Below are positions 38,080 through 46,595 of a DNA stretch of 64,000 nt, one piece after another. Both the position numbers and the translations under genes were made by a program. Location of the stretch: positions 481 to 64,480 of the forward strand of contig JALNVF010000002.1 of assembly GCA_023231445.1 (NCBI GenBank), written 5' to 3'. This DNA is from Treponema sp. GTDB lineage: Bacteria; Spirochaetota; Spirochaetia; Treponematales; Treponemataceae. The notes below the pieces were generated by a model. The model saw nothing but the letters and a program-made list of their open reading frames with translations, was not told where the DNA came from and did not search any database. How positions within the stretch are numbered: position 1 is the stretch's first letter; every line of letters begins with the position of its first letter.

Positions 38080-39735
38080 ATGAAAAATAAAATACAAATT
38101 ATTTTTGCAGTAGTCATAGGCTGTCTTATGTTTGCTTCATTCAGTCCGTCCCTTGACGGAAGGGCTGTTGTGGCTGACGAAGGAACTTTTCCTGAAGGTC
38201 TGTTTGCAAAGACTGTCGGCTATCTGCCGGGAGACAGCATTACCGTCTCGAATTTATCAACTAAAAAAACGATTGATATTCTGGTTGTAGGGGCTCTTGA
38301 TCCGTCAGAAGGAGTTGCAATCCTTCTTTCCCCGGAAGCAGCATTTGCTCTGGGAATCGAGAAGAATTCGAACAGTATCGTAAAGATTACCAAACGTTCC
38401 GGTCAGCTTGATGAAGCTGTATCCGGTACGGCTGTCATTGCAGAAGGAACGGCAGCAGCTCCGTCTGACAGTGCTCAGACAACTGCTGCAGATACTGCAG
38501 CTGCAGAGACGACGGAACCGCCTGCAGATTCTCCTTCAGATAATACCACTGAAACAGCAGGTGCGCCTGGTGCGGAAACGGCAGATGCAGGAGCAGCACC
38601 GGCTCAACCGGAAAAAACAGCGGATGAATCAGATGCGGAAACAATTTCTGCAACCGAAGCTCCGGTACAGCCGGAGTCCGCCGGATCTGAAACAGAATCA
38701 GTAACGTCCGGTGATGAAACTGCAGGGGAAACAACGCCTGCTGCCGGTGAAAAAATAGATGAGGAAACACCTTCTCCAGAAGAGACGGCAGAAAATTCTG
38801 GCGGCACACCGGAAACTTCTGCAGACGGAACGACTCCGCCGGCAGGAGAAATAATTAATGAAAAGGCTCCGTCAGAGGAAACTGCTGCAGTGCCGCCGGC
38901 AGCAGAACCAGAGAATACAGATGACGGTATGCCCGGTGAGTCAGAAGAGAAAGTTAATGATAAAATTCCGGAAACCACCGCTTCTTCAGCAGTACCTGTT
39001 TCGGAAGCTGCAGTCGACGATAAGGAAGCAGAAACTGAAACAGCAGCTGGCGAAAAAGTGGATGAAAATATTCCTTCCGCAGAGGAAACTCCGGAAAAAA
39101 CGTCAGACGCCCCGGCCGGTGAAGATACTGTTGCTGCGGAACCGTATGTTGAAAAACCTGATGAAAAACCTTCTGAAGATGTATCAGTTCCGGCCGAAAA
39201 AGTCGATGAACATCCTGCTGCGGAGGAAAAAACCACAGCTGCTGCAGAACCGGTACCTGATGAATCCGTGACGGAAAATACACCGTCTCCTGTTGAAAAC
39301 AAAGTGGCTGAACCTGATGCATATGCACCGATTATTCTTGTTCCCGCGGAGCCGAATCCACCTGAATCCGACAAAGGAACGCCGGAAACAAAGGCTGCAG
39401 AGGAGGCGTCTGCTGTTCCTGAAAATACTGCCGGAGAGACAGCTCCTGGAGATGCACCGTCTGAAGGAGAATTTGACAAATATACGGTGCCGAGCCTTAA
39501 GGCGCTTTCAAGCGGCAGATATTACATCCAGATCGGCGTCTATGCAGACGAAGCAAATATCCGCAAAGTTGTCAGAAAATATGCAGGTGCGTATCCGGTT
39601 ACGATCGTACCTCTCGTTTCGGGAAAGGCAAAACAACTGATGATCGGTCCTCTTTCCGTAGACGAGTATGCTGCAGTGATTGAACGGTTCAAGTCGTACG
39701 GATATAAAGATGCATTTTTACGGAAAATAAAATAG
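38080..39735 (+). CDS. RlpA-like N-domain, long acidic linker and C-terminal SPOR domain
   Basis: Signal peptide; ITVSNL...LLSPEAAFALGI; A/E/T/P-rich linker; YYIQIGVYADEAN...LMIGPL...GYKDAF. Confidence 0.85.
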   Translation: MKNKIQIIFAVVIGCLMFASFSPSLDGRAVVADEGTFPEGLFAKTVGYLPGDSITVSNLSTKKTIDILVVGALDPSEGVAILLSPEAAFALGIEKNSNSIVKITKRSGQLDEAVSGTAVIAEGTAAAPSDSAQTTAADTAAAETTEPPADSPSDNTTETAGAPGAETADAGAAPAQPEKTADESDAETISATEAPVQPESAGSETESVTSGDETAGETTPAAGEKIDEETPSPEETAENSGGTPETSADGTTPPAGEIINEKAPSEETAAVPPAAEPENTDDGMPGESEEKVNDKIPETTASSAVPVSEAAVDDKEAETETAAGEKVDENIPSAEETPEKTSDAPAGEDTVAAEPYVEKPDEKPSEDVSVPAEKVDEHPAAEEKTTAAAEPVPDESVTENTPSPVENKVAEPDAYAPIILVPAEPNPPESDKGTPETKAAEEASAVPENTAGETAPGDAPSEGEFDKYTVPSLKALSSGRYYIQIGVYADEANIRKVVRKYAGAYPVTIVPLVSGKAKQLMIGPLSVDEYAAVIERFKSYGYKDAFLRKIK

Positions 39736-39739
39736 ATAT

Positions 39740-39775
39740 AAAAAAGGACACTCTGCAGAGGAGTGTCCTTTTTTT
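39740..39775. terminator. Bidirectional intrinsic terminator
   Basis: AAAAAAGGACACTC-tgcagag-GAGTGTCCTTTTTT between convergent genes. Confidence 0.9.
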
Positions 39776-39791
39776 ACCGGAAAATCCCGGA

Positions 39792-40925
39792 TTATTTTAT
39801 TTCGTATATCCATCCTTTCGGAGCCGTCAGGCGGCCCATCTGGATTCCTGTAAGCGTGTCGTACAGTTTCTGCAGGACAGGCCCCATCTGGTTTTTACAG
39901 TCTTCAAATACAATTTCCTTACCGTGGTCGACAACTTTTCCGATCGGTGAAATGACTGCAGCCGTTCCGCAGAGTCCGCATTCGGAGAAAGAAGACAGTT
40001 CTTTTTTATCGATCCTGCGTTCTTCTACCGGAATATGCAGAATGCTTTCTGCGACATAAATAATCGAGCGGCGGGTAATCGACGGCAGTATGCTGTCCGA
40101 TTTTGGTGTGACAATACGTCCGTCTTTTGTTACGAACAGAATGTTTGCGCCGCCGGTTTCTTCAATAAAAGTATGAGAAGCAGGATCAAGGTACATGTTT
40201 TCAGCGAATCCGTTTTTATGCGCATCAACGATATTATGGAGACTCATCGCATAGTTAAGACCCGCTTTTATATCACCCGTTCCGTGAGGAGCTGCCCGGT
40301 CCATATCAGAAATACGGACTGTTATCGGTTTTACTCCGCCTTTAAAATACGGTCCGACTGGTGTGACAAAAATACGGAACTGATATTCATCGGCAGGTTT
40401 TACACCGATAACCGCGTTTGAACCAAACATGTACGGCCGGATATACATGGTAGCTCCGCTTCCGTAAGGAGGCACATATGCCTTGTTTGCTTTGATGACG
40501 GAAAGAACGGCCGCAATGAATTTATCTTTGGGAAATACCGGCATTTCAAGACGTTTGCACGAGCGCTCCATGCGTTCAGCATTAAGATCAGGGCGGAAAG
40601 TAACAATACGGCCGTCTTCTGTCGTATAAGCCTTAAGCCCTTCAAAACATGATTGAGAATACTGAAGAACGCCGGCACATTCGGAAATAACGACCTTATC
40701 ATCAGCCGAAAGCTTTCCTTTGTCCCATTTACCGTTTTTGAAATTTGAAACAAAGCGTTTGTCTGTTTTAATGTACGAGAAAGGCAGATTGCCCCAGTCA
40801 AGTTTTTTCCCTGCGGCTTTTTTCGCCTTTTTTGCAGGCTTTTTAACAGCTTCAGCTGTCTTTTTGACGGATTTTACAGCTTTTTTAGTACTTTTTGCTG
40901 TTTTTACAGTCTTTTTTATTGCCAT
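39792..40925 (-). CDS. ilvE: Branched-chain amino acid aminotransferase with Lys/Ala-rich N-terminal extension
   Basis: YSQSCFEGLKAY, FRPDLN, YIRPY, DIKAGLNYA (PLP Lys), EETGGAN, ILPSITR, GTAAVISP; SD AAGGAG before ATG 40925. Confidence 0.95.
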   Translation of the reverse strand: MAIKKTVKTAKSTKKAVKSVKKTAEAVKKPAKKAKKAAGKKLDWGNLPFSYIKTDKRFVSNFKNGKWDKGKLSADDKVVISECAGVLQYSQSCFEGLKAYTTEDGRIVTFRPDLNAERMERSCKRLEMPVFPKDKFIAAVLSVIKANKAYVPPYGSGATMYIRPYMFGSNAVIGVKPADEYQFRIFVTPVGPYFKGGVKPITVRISDMDRAAPHGTGDIKAGLNYAMSLHNIVDAHKNGFAENMYLDPASHTFIEETGGANILFVTKDGRIVTPKSDSILPSITRRSIIYVAESILHIPVEERRIDKKELSSFSECGLCGTAAVISPIGKVVDHGKEIVFEDCKNQMGPVLQKLYDTLTGIQMGRLTAPKGWIYEIK

Positions 40926-41019
40926 ATAGTACACTCCTTTATCATTTTTTTAAAACATGTCAAAGTCCCATACCAAAAAACATTCTTTATATTAGCGCGA
41001 CTATAGATATTTTACAAGA

Positions 41020-41060
41020 GTAAAAAAAGACTGCCCCCGGGACGGGCAGTCTTTTTTTAC
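41020..41060. terminator. Intrinsic terminator with A/U tracts on both sides
   Basis: 17-bp IR GTAAAAAAAGACTGCCC / GGGCAGTCTTTTTTTAC with a 7-nt loop. It lies between divergent CDS, so it should end an unannotated transcript. Confidence 0.85.
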
Positions 41061-41383
41061 GTGTAAATAAAAGAAAAAGCGGAGCTTTTTCGACAAACAG
41101 AAGACATCTTCCGGCTGTTCCTCCGCCTGTAACGCCCTGTTACCTTTGTCCGTATACCGCTCCGTACTGTGCCGTAACAGCCACCATACACTGTTCGTAC
41201 TTACCGGTACATACTGCACGCAGTCGTTCCTGTACAGTGTCCGTAATCGTACCTGAATACAGTGCGGTATATGCGTTACCCGCCAGGTAGGAAGGTGCCT
41301 GCCCGTAAGCTGGGATGGGTACTACCCGCTACTTAGGACGGCTGCTGCCCGTAAGCAGGGAAGGGGGCGTTCGGGAATTGTGC
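41020..41383 (-). ncRNA. Candidate structured ncRNA or cis-regulatory leader (unclassified)
   Basis: TATAAT at 41394-41389, two UACG hairpins, nested helices whose G-U wobbles work only on the minus strand, and a terminator at the 3' end. Confidence 0.5.
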
Positions 41384-41433
41384 AGGTAATTATACAATTA
41401 TATGTACGATAAGCTTACTAAACGACACAAAAA

Positions 41434-41442
41434 TGATATACT
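41434..41442 (+). promoter_or_regulatory. Extended -10 promoter for ribF
   Basis: TGaTATACT, ending 10 nt before ATG 41452. Confidence 0.5.
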
Positions 41443-41451
41443 TTCACCAGT

Positions 41452-42267
41452 ATGCTGATTTTGACATGGACACAGATTGAACGTATTTTTACAGAAAAGG
41501 AACAGGGGCCGGATATTTTTTCCGGAGGAAGTGCTGTAACGATCGGCAGCTTCGACGGTCCTCACATGGGCCACGAGGTACTTTTCAACGCAGTCTGTGA
41601 AGCATCCCGTTCCAACGGATATGCTCCGGGGGTTATCACATTTACGCATTCCGTCGGTGAATTTAAACGTCCTGAATCATATGAAGGTGATTTATCGACG
41701 CTTGCACAGCGGCTTGACGTATTCAGAGAGAAAGGTATGGCATTCACTGTTGTCATTGACTTTTCTGCCGAATTCAGTAAAATGAAAGGACAGGATTTTT
41801 TCTATATACTTAGAAAGAGCTGCGGTTTAAAGTTTCTGGCAGAGGGAAAAGATTTCCGCTGCGGATACCGCGGAACTTTCGGTATGAAAGAAATTCTAGA
41901 TTATTCCGTCTGCAACGGAATTACAGCGCAATTTCCTGAACCCGTTTTATACGGAAGCAGTCGTATAAGTTCATCGCTTATACGGTCCTGTATTATTCGC
42001 GGTGATTTTTCTTCTGCCGCAAAGATGCTGGGCCATAATTACACGCTTGACTGTTCAGAAACGGTCTGGAAATGCGAAGACAGTCAATTTACCGCTGAAA
42101 GGCACAGTTTTTTGCAGGCTCTGCCCGCTGACGGTACATATGATGTTGTGGCAATATTGCCGGAAAGCAGAATACATCTGAGTCTGAGTGCAGAACCTCA
42201 TTTCCTTCGCCTCGAGGTTCCGTACGAAAACACACTGTCCTGCATTAAGGCTGTAGAATTTATATGA
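41452..42267 (+). CDS. ribF: FAD synthetase (FMN adenylyltransferase) with truncated kinase domain
   Basis: IGSFDGPHMGH, GKDFRCG, ISSSLIR, LGHNY; the C-terminus lacks the PTAN motif. Confidence 0.85.
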   Translation: MLILTWTQIERIFTEKEQGPDIFSGGSAVTIGSFDGPHMGHEVLFNAVCEASRSNGYAPGVITFTHSVGEFKRPESYEGDLSTLAQRLDVFREKGMAFTVVIDFSAEFSKMKGQDFFYILRKSCGLKFLAEGKDFRCGYRGTFGMKEILDYSVCNGITAQFPEPVLYGSSRISSSLIRSCIIRGDFSSAAKMLGHNYTLDCSETVWKCEDSQFTAERHSFLQALPADGTYDVVAILPESRIHLSLSAEPHFLRLEVPYENTLSCIKAVEFI

Positions 42268-42288
42268 AATTGATTTAGGAGAATCTTA

Positions 42289-42558
42289 ATGGCACTTACA
42301 AAAGAAGCAACTGCTGCAGTTATCACAAAATTCGGTGATAAAGAGGGCGATACCGGCAACACAAAAGTTCAGATAGCACTGCTGACTGACCGTATCACAC
42401 AGCTTACCGCACATTCAAAAAACTTTCCCAAAGACAAGAGTTCAAAACGTGCGCTTATGAAGGTTGTCGGTGCACGCAGAAAGCTGTTAAAGTATTATGA
42501 ACGGATAAACCTTGAAGGGTATCGTGCGCTTATAAAAGAACTTGGTATCCGCAAGTAG
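42289..42558 (+). CDS. rpsO: 30S ribosomal protein S15
   Basis: DTGNTKVQIALLT.RI..LT.H...PKD..SKRAL.K.VG.RRKLL.Y; 89 aa. Confidence 0.98.
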   Translation: MALTKEATAAVITKFGDKEGDTGNTKVQIALLTDRITQLTAHSKNFPKDKSSKRALMKVVGARRKLLKYYERINLEGYRALIKELGIRK

Positions 42559-42565
42559 CATACTG

Positions 42566-42610
42566 AAAAAGCCTGCATGGCCGTGCACCGCGACGGCGGC
42601 AGGCTTTTTT
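42566..42610 (+). terminator. rpsO intrinsic terminator
   Basis: AAAAAGCCTGC...GCCGT-gcaccgcg-ACGGC...GCAGGCTTTTTT. Confidence 0.8.
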
Positions 42611-42718
42611 ATTCATGTGGCGCAGGCTGAACTTGACGGCATATTGAGGAGTCTGCGATTCGCACCGTCCATGGCGCGCGGGCTGCGGAAAAGAAAATAA
42701 AAGAACTAGAAGGAAAAG

Positions 42719-44821
42719 ATGGTACAAAGAGTAACTGCAAAGGTCGGTGACGCCGATCTTATCCTGGAAACAGGAAAAATCGGAAAGCAGACGAACGGCT
42801 GTGTTTATGCACAGTGGGGCGGAGCTGCTGTTATTGCGACAGTATGTGCATCTCATGATGTTGTTGAAGGCATGGATTATGTCCCTGTCACTGTTGACTA
42901 CAATGAAAAATTTTATGCGGCCGGTAAAATTCCCGGCGGTTTTGTAAAACGTGAAGGACGTCCGAAGGATAAGGAAATTCTCGTTTCCCGTCTTATTGAC
43001 CGTCCTATGCGCCCTCTTTTTGAAATGACGTTCGGACGCGAGATTCAGATTGTGCCGACCTGCGTTTCTGCGGACGGCGTACATACACAGGATATTCTTG
43101 CAGTTATCGCTTCTTCTGCAGCGGTAACTATTTCTGATATTCCGTTCCACGGCCCGGTCGCTGCATGCCGTGTTGCGTATCTTGACGGACAGTATATTGT
43201 TAACCCGACTTTTGCTGAAATAGAACGTGCTCAGCTTGAAATAGTTGTTGCAGGTACGGCGGACGGTTTTACAATGGTAGAAGGAGGTGCAAACGAAGCC
43301 TCTGAGGAAGTCATGCTCGGCGCGCTTGAAAAGGCACAGAGATTTATCACTGATATGTGCCGTCTGCAGGAAGAACTGCGGAAGCTCGCGGGAAAAGAAA
43401 AACTTCCTCTTGCTCCTCTTGATATTACGCTTGCAAATGCTGCACAGATTGAAGCTGAAGCGGTTCCGCTTATGCAGGATGCGTGTTTCAGACAGGGAAA
43501 ACAGGCACGCGGTACGGCTGTCGAATCTGTTAAAAAGGCTGTTGCTGCAAAATATGCAGACCAGCTTGCAGATCCTGTTCAGGCAAAACTTTATGCCGCT
43601 CTTATTGACGATATTCAGTATAAGCTTCTGCGGAAGTCCATTCTTGACCGCGGTGTCCGTATAGACGGACGTTCCTGTGACGAAATCCGCCCGATAACAT
43701 GCGAAGTTAATGTACTTCCCCGTCCTCACGGATCGGCATTGTTCACACGCGGCGAAACTCAGTCTCTTGCCGTTACAACACTCGGCACGTCTCTTGATGA
43801 ACAGGCGTATGATGATATTGACGGCGACCGCAGTGAACACTTTATACTGCATTATAATTTCCCGCCGTATTCTGTCGGTGAGGTTGGAAAACTTACGACC
43901 GGCCGCAGGGAAATCGGACACGGTAATCTTGCACGGCGTTCTCTGGCGCCAATGGTGCCGGGCCGCGATGAATTTCCGTACACAATCCGTGTAGTTTCTG
44001 AAATTATGGAATCAAACGGTTCGTCTTCTCAGGCTTCAACGTGCGGCGGCTGTCTTTCCATGCTTGCCGCAGGTGTACCGCTTAAAAAGATGGTTGCCGG
44101 TGTGGCGATGGGACTTATTACCGACGGACCGAAATATGAGCATTATAAGATCCTTTCCGATATTCTCGGAGAGGAAGATCACCTTGGTGATATGGATTTC
44201 AAAGTTGCCGGAACAAAAGACGGTATTACCGGATTCCAGATGGATATAAAGATTGCGGGTGTTTCCATGGAAATTATGAAGGAAGCGCTTGCACAGGCTA
44301 AGGCCGGACGTCTGCACATTCTCGGAATCATGGAACAGTGCATCAGTAAGCCGCAGCCTATCAGTCTGTATGCTCCGAAAATTCTTTCAATGAAGATTCC
44401 GGTAGATAAAATCGGTGCGCTCATCGGACCCGGCGGAAAGAACGTCAAGGCACTCTGCGCACAGTACGGTGTTACAATCAATACTGATGACGACGGAACT
44501 GTTACGATTTTCGGAAAAACCGGAAATGCAGCGGAAGAGGCAAAGAAAGCGGTAAAGGGAATTACGGAAGATCCGGAACCGGGGACTATTTACAATGGAA
44601 CGGTAAAACGGATTATGGATTTCGGAGCATTTGTCGAAATTCTTCCGGGAAAAGAAGGCCTTTGCCATATTTCAAAACTTTCGCATCAGCGGGTCGAAAA
44701 AGTAACTGATGTTCTCAAGGAAGGACAGCAGATTCCTGTAAAACTTCTTGAAGTTGACAAGATGGGGCGTCTGAATCTTTCATATATTGACGCTCTTGAT
44801 GAACAGGCGAAAAACAAATAA
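42719..44821 (+). CDS. pnp: Polyribonucleotide nucleotidyltransferase
   Basis: [63 protein letters not shown], plus KH and S1 domains. Confidence 0.98.
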   Translation: MVQRVTAKVGDADLILETGKIGKQTNGCVYAQWGGAAVIATVCASHDVVEGMDYVPVTVDYNEKFYAAGKIPGGFVKREGRPKDKEILVSRLIDRPMRPLFEMTFGREIQIVPTCVSADGVHTQDILAVIASSAAVTISDIPFHGPVAACRVAYLDGQYIVNPTFAEIERAQLEIVVAGTADGFTMVEGGANEASEEVMLGALEKAQRFITDMCRLQEELRKLAGKEKLPLAPLDITLANAAQIEAEAVPLMQDACFRQGKQARGTAVESVKKAVAAKYADQLADPVQAKLYAALIDDIQYKLLRKSILDRGVRIDGRSCDEIRPITCEVNVLPRPHGSALFTRGETQSLAVTTLGTSLDEQAYDDIDGDRSEHFILHYNFPPYSVGEVGKLTTGRREIGHGNLARRSLAPMVPGRDEFPYTIRVVSEIMESNGSSSQASTCGGCLSMLAAGVPLKKMVAGVAMGLITDGPKYEHYKILSDILGEEDHLGDMDFKVAGTKDGITGFQMDIKIAGVSMEIMKEALAQAKAGRLHILGIMEQCISKPQPISLYAPKILSMKIPVDKIGALIGPGGKNVKALCAQYGVTINTDDDGTVTIFGKTGNAAEEAKKAVKGITEDPEPGTIYNGTVKRIMDFGAFVEILPGKEGLCHISKLSHQRVEKVTDVLKEGQQIPVKLLEVDKMGRLNLSYIDALDEQAKNK

Positions 44822-44824
44822 ATC

Positions 44825-46138
44825 ATGACAACCGGACCGCAACCGGGAATAAGCCCGGTAAAGCTGCGGAACGGCGTCATACTCATCACGGAACCGATTG
44901 TAACAGGTAAAACTGCCGCAATCGGTTTCTGGTTTTATACGGGCAGCAGAGCCGAATGCGATGCGAACCGGGGTGTGACGCATTTTACGGAGCATATGCT
45001 TTTTAAGGGGACGACAACCCGTACCGCATTCGACATTGCCTGTGCGTTTGACCGCATGGGCGGGTATATTAATGCATATACGGAACGGGAGGATGTGTGC
45101 GTATACTGTGTAGTTCCTTCTTTAAAAGTTCAGGAAGCACTTACTATTTTATGTGATATGGCTGAAAATGCGGTATTTGACCGTGAAGAATTTGAGCGGG
45201 AGCGAAAGGTCGTTGAAAGCGAAATACTAACGTCTGCCGATGATCCTGAGGATTCTGCGCTTGACGCTGTTGAGAACGCGGTCTGGCCTCATCAGAAAAT
45301 CAGCGCCAGTATCAGCGGCACGGTTGAACAGGTAAAAGCTCTGCGTCAGGAAGATGTTTCATCCTGGTATAAGGACCATTTTGTACACGGCAGAATGTGT
45401 GTATGTGCTGCCGGCTGTTTCGATCAGAAGGCCCTTGAGGAACGCATTGCAGCACTTCCGCAGCATGAGGAGCTTCCTCTTGAAGGTGCAGACAAAGTTC
45501 TTGCAGCGTTCTATGCGGATCAGCGTCCGGTATGGAAAAGCGGAATTTCATTTATAAAATCTTCATTCCGGCAGGAACAGTTTTTCCTTCTGTATCCGCT
45601 CCGGTTTCCGGTAGATGAACGTACCTACTATACACTGGCTGTTATGAATGCACTTACCGGCGATACGATGAGTTCCCGTCTGTTTCAGACGCTGCGTGAA
45701 AAAGGCGGATGGTGTTACAGTGTGTACAGTTATTCGTCGTTTTATGCCGATACGGCATGCTGGTGTGCATACGCATCTTCGGCAAAACGAAGCAGCGGGC
45801 GTATTCTTACTGATCTGCATAGTGAAATGAAAAAACTTTTTGAGAACGGAGTGAGTGAAGATGAAGTTGATGCTGCGCGTGAACATTTGTGCGGTGAAGA
45901 ACTTATGGCTGATTCCGACATTGAAAACCGCATGAAGTTTCTTGAACGGTGCTATGACAGTGGTTATGGATTTGCACCGGTGGATGAACGTATTGAACTT
46001 ATCCGCAGTGTAACGAAACACGATATAAGGCATTGTTTACATGAACTGTTTGATGTAGAAAATAAAGCGCTTGTTGTCTACGGTCCCGGGCTTTCATTAA
46101 AAGAAAAAAAAGATATAATCACTATATATGGCAGATAA
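44825..46138 (+). CDS. M16 (pitrilysin) family zinc peptidase
   Basis: GVTHFTEHMLFKGT (HxxEH), INAYTERE, ERKVVESE, SSRLFQTLREK. Confidence 0.93.
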   Translation: MTTGPQPGISPVKLRNGVILITEPIVTGKTAAIGFWFYTGSRAECDANRGVTHFTEHMLFKGTTTRTAFDIACAFDRMGGYINAYTEREDVCVYCVVPSLKVQEALTILCDMAENAVFDREEFERERKVVESEILTSADDPEDSALDAVENAVWPHQKISASISGTVEQVKALRQEDVSSWYKDHFVHGRMCVCAAGCFDQKALEERIAALPQHEELPLEGADKVLAAFYADQRPVWKSGISFIKSSFRQEQFFLLYPLRFPVDERTYYTLAVMNALTGDTMSSRLFQTLREKGGWCYSVYSYSSFYADTACWCAYASSAKRSSGRILTDLHSEMKKLFENGVSEDEVDAAREHLCGEELMADSDIENRMKFLERCYDSGYGFAPVDERIELIRSVTKHDIRHCLHELFDVENKALVVYGPGLSLKEKKDIITIYGR

Positions 46139-46595
46139 TATGGAAAAACCAATCGAGATCAAATGTACAGCAGAAAAGGGAGCGTCGGTACCTGTATATA
46201 AAACTGACGGTGCCGCCGGTGCTGATATATGTGCGTTTATTCAGCAGCCCGTAACGCTTGCGGCGGGGACATCCGCACTTATTCCCACCGGTTTGTGTTT
46301 CGCCATTCCGCAGGGATATGAAATACAGGTTCGTCCCCGGTCGGGTCTTGCAGCAAAAAACGGTATTACCGTTCTTAATACGCCGGGTACTATTGACAGT
46401 GATTATCGCGGTGAAATAAAAATTATTCTTATAAATCTGGGACGGGATCCGTTTGTTGTGCATAACGGCGACCGGATAGCACAGATTGTCGTTGCCCCTG
46501 TAATACGGGGAAATTTTGTCCCTGCGGATATTCTTGAAGAAACCGTGCGCGGTACGGGTGGTTTCGGCTCCACCGGTGTCGGAGTCAGTGCATGA
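46128..46595 (+). CDS. dut: dUTP diphosphatase
   Basis: AAGAD, RPRSGLA, PGTIDSDYRGEI, GDRIAQ, RGTGGFGSTG. Confidence 0.97.
   Translation: MADNMEKPIEIKCTAEKGASVPVYKTDGAAGADICAFIQQPVTLAAGTSALIPTGLCFAIPQGYEIQVRPRSGLAAKNGITVLNTPGTIDSDYRGEIKIILINLGRDPFVVHNGDRIAQIVVAPVIRGNFVPADILEETVRGTGGFGSTGVGVSA

Noticed and set aside
38604-39479. 291-aa Ser/Ala-rich antisense ORF
   Set aside because: Mirror of the low-complexity linker of the SPOR protein.
41001-41219. 72-aa minus-strand ORF as a leader peptide
   Set aside because: No SD, no Leu/Ile/Val codon run, and it reads through the terminator; the RNA-structure explanation fits better.
41280-41375. SRP RNA, T-box, SAM or c-di-GMP riboswitch, RNase P or tmRNA identity for the intergenic RNA
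   Set aside because: AGCAG is present but lacks the CAGG-GNRA helix-8 partner; no GGTGGTACC T-box, GAGGAAAGTCC or tRNA-like ends; only fragmentary resemblances.
42530-43921. 463-aa antisense ORF
   Set aside because: Lies opposite pnp, has no motifs, and is explained by codon bias of the sense gene.
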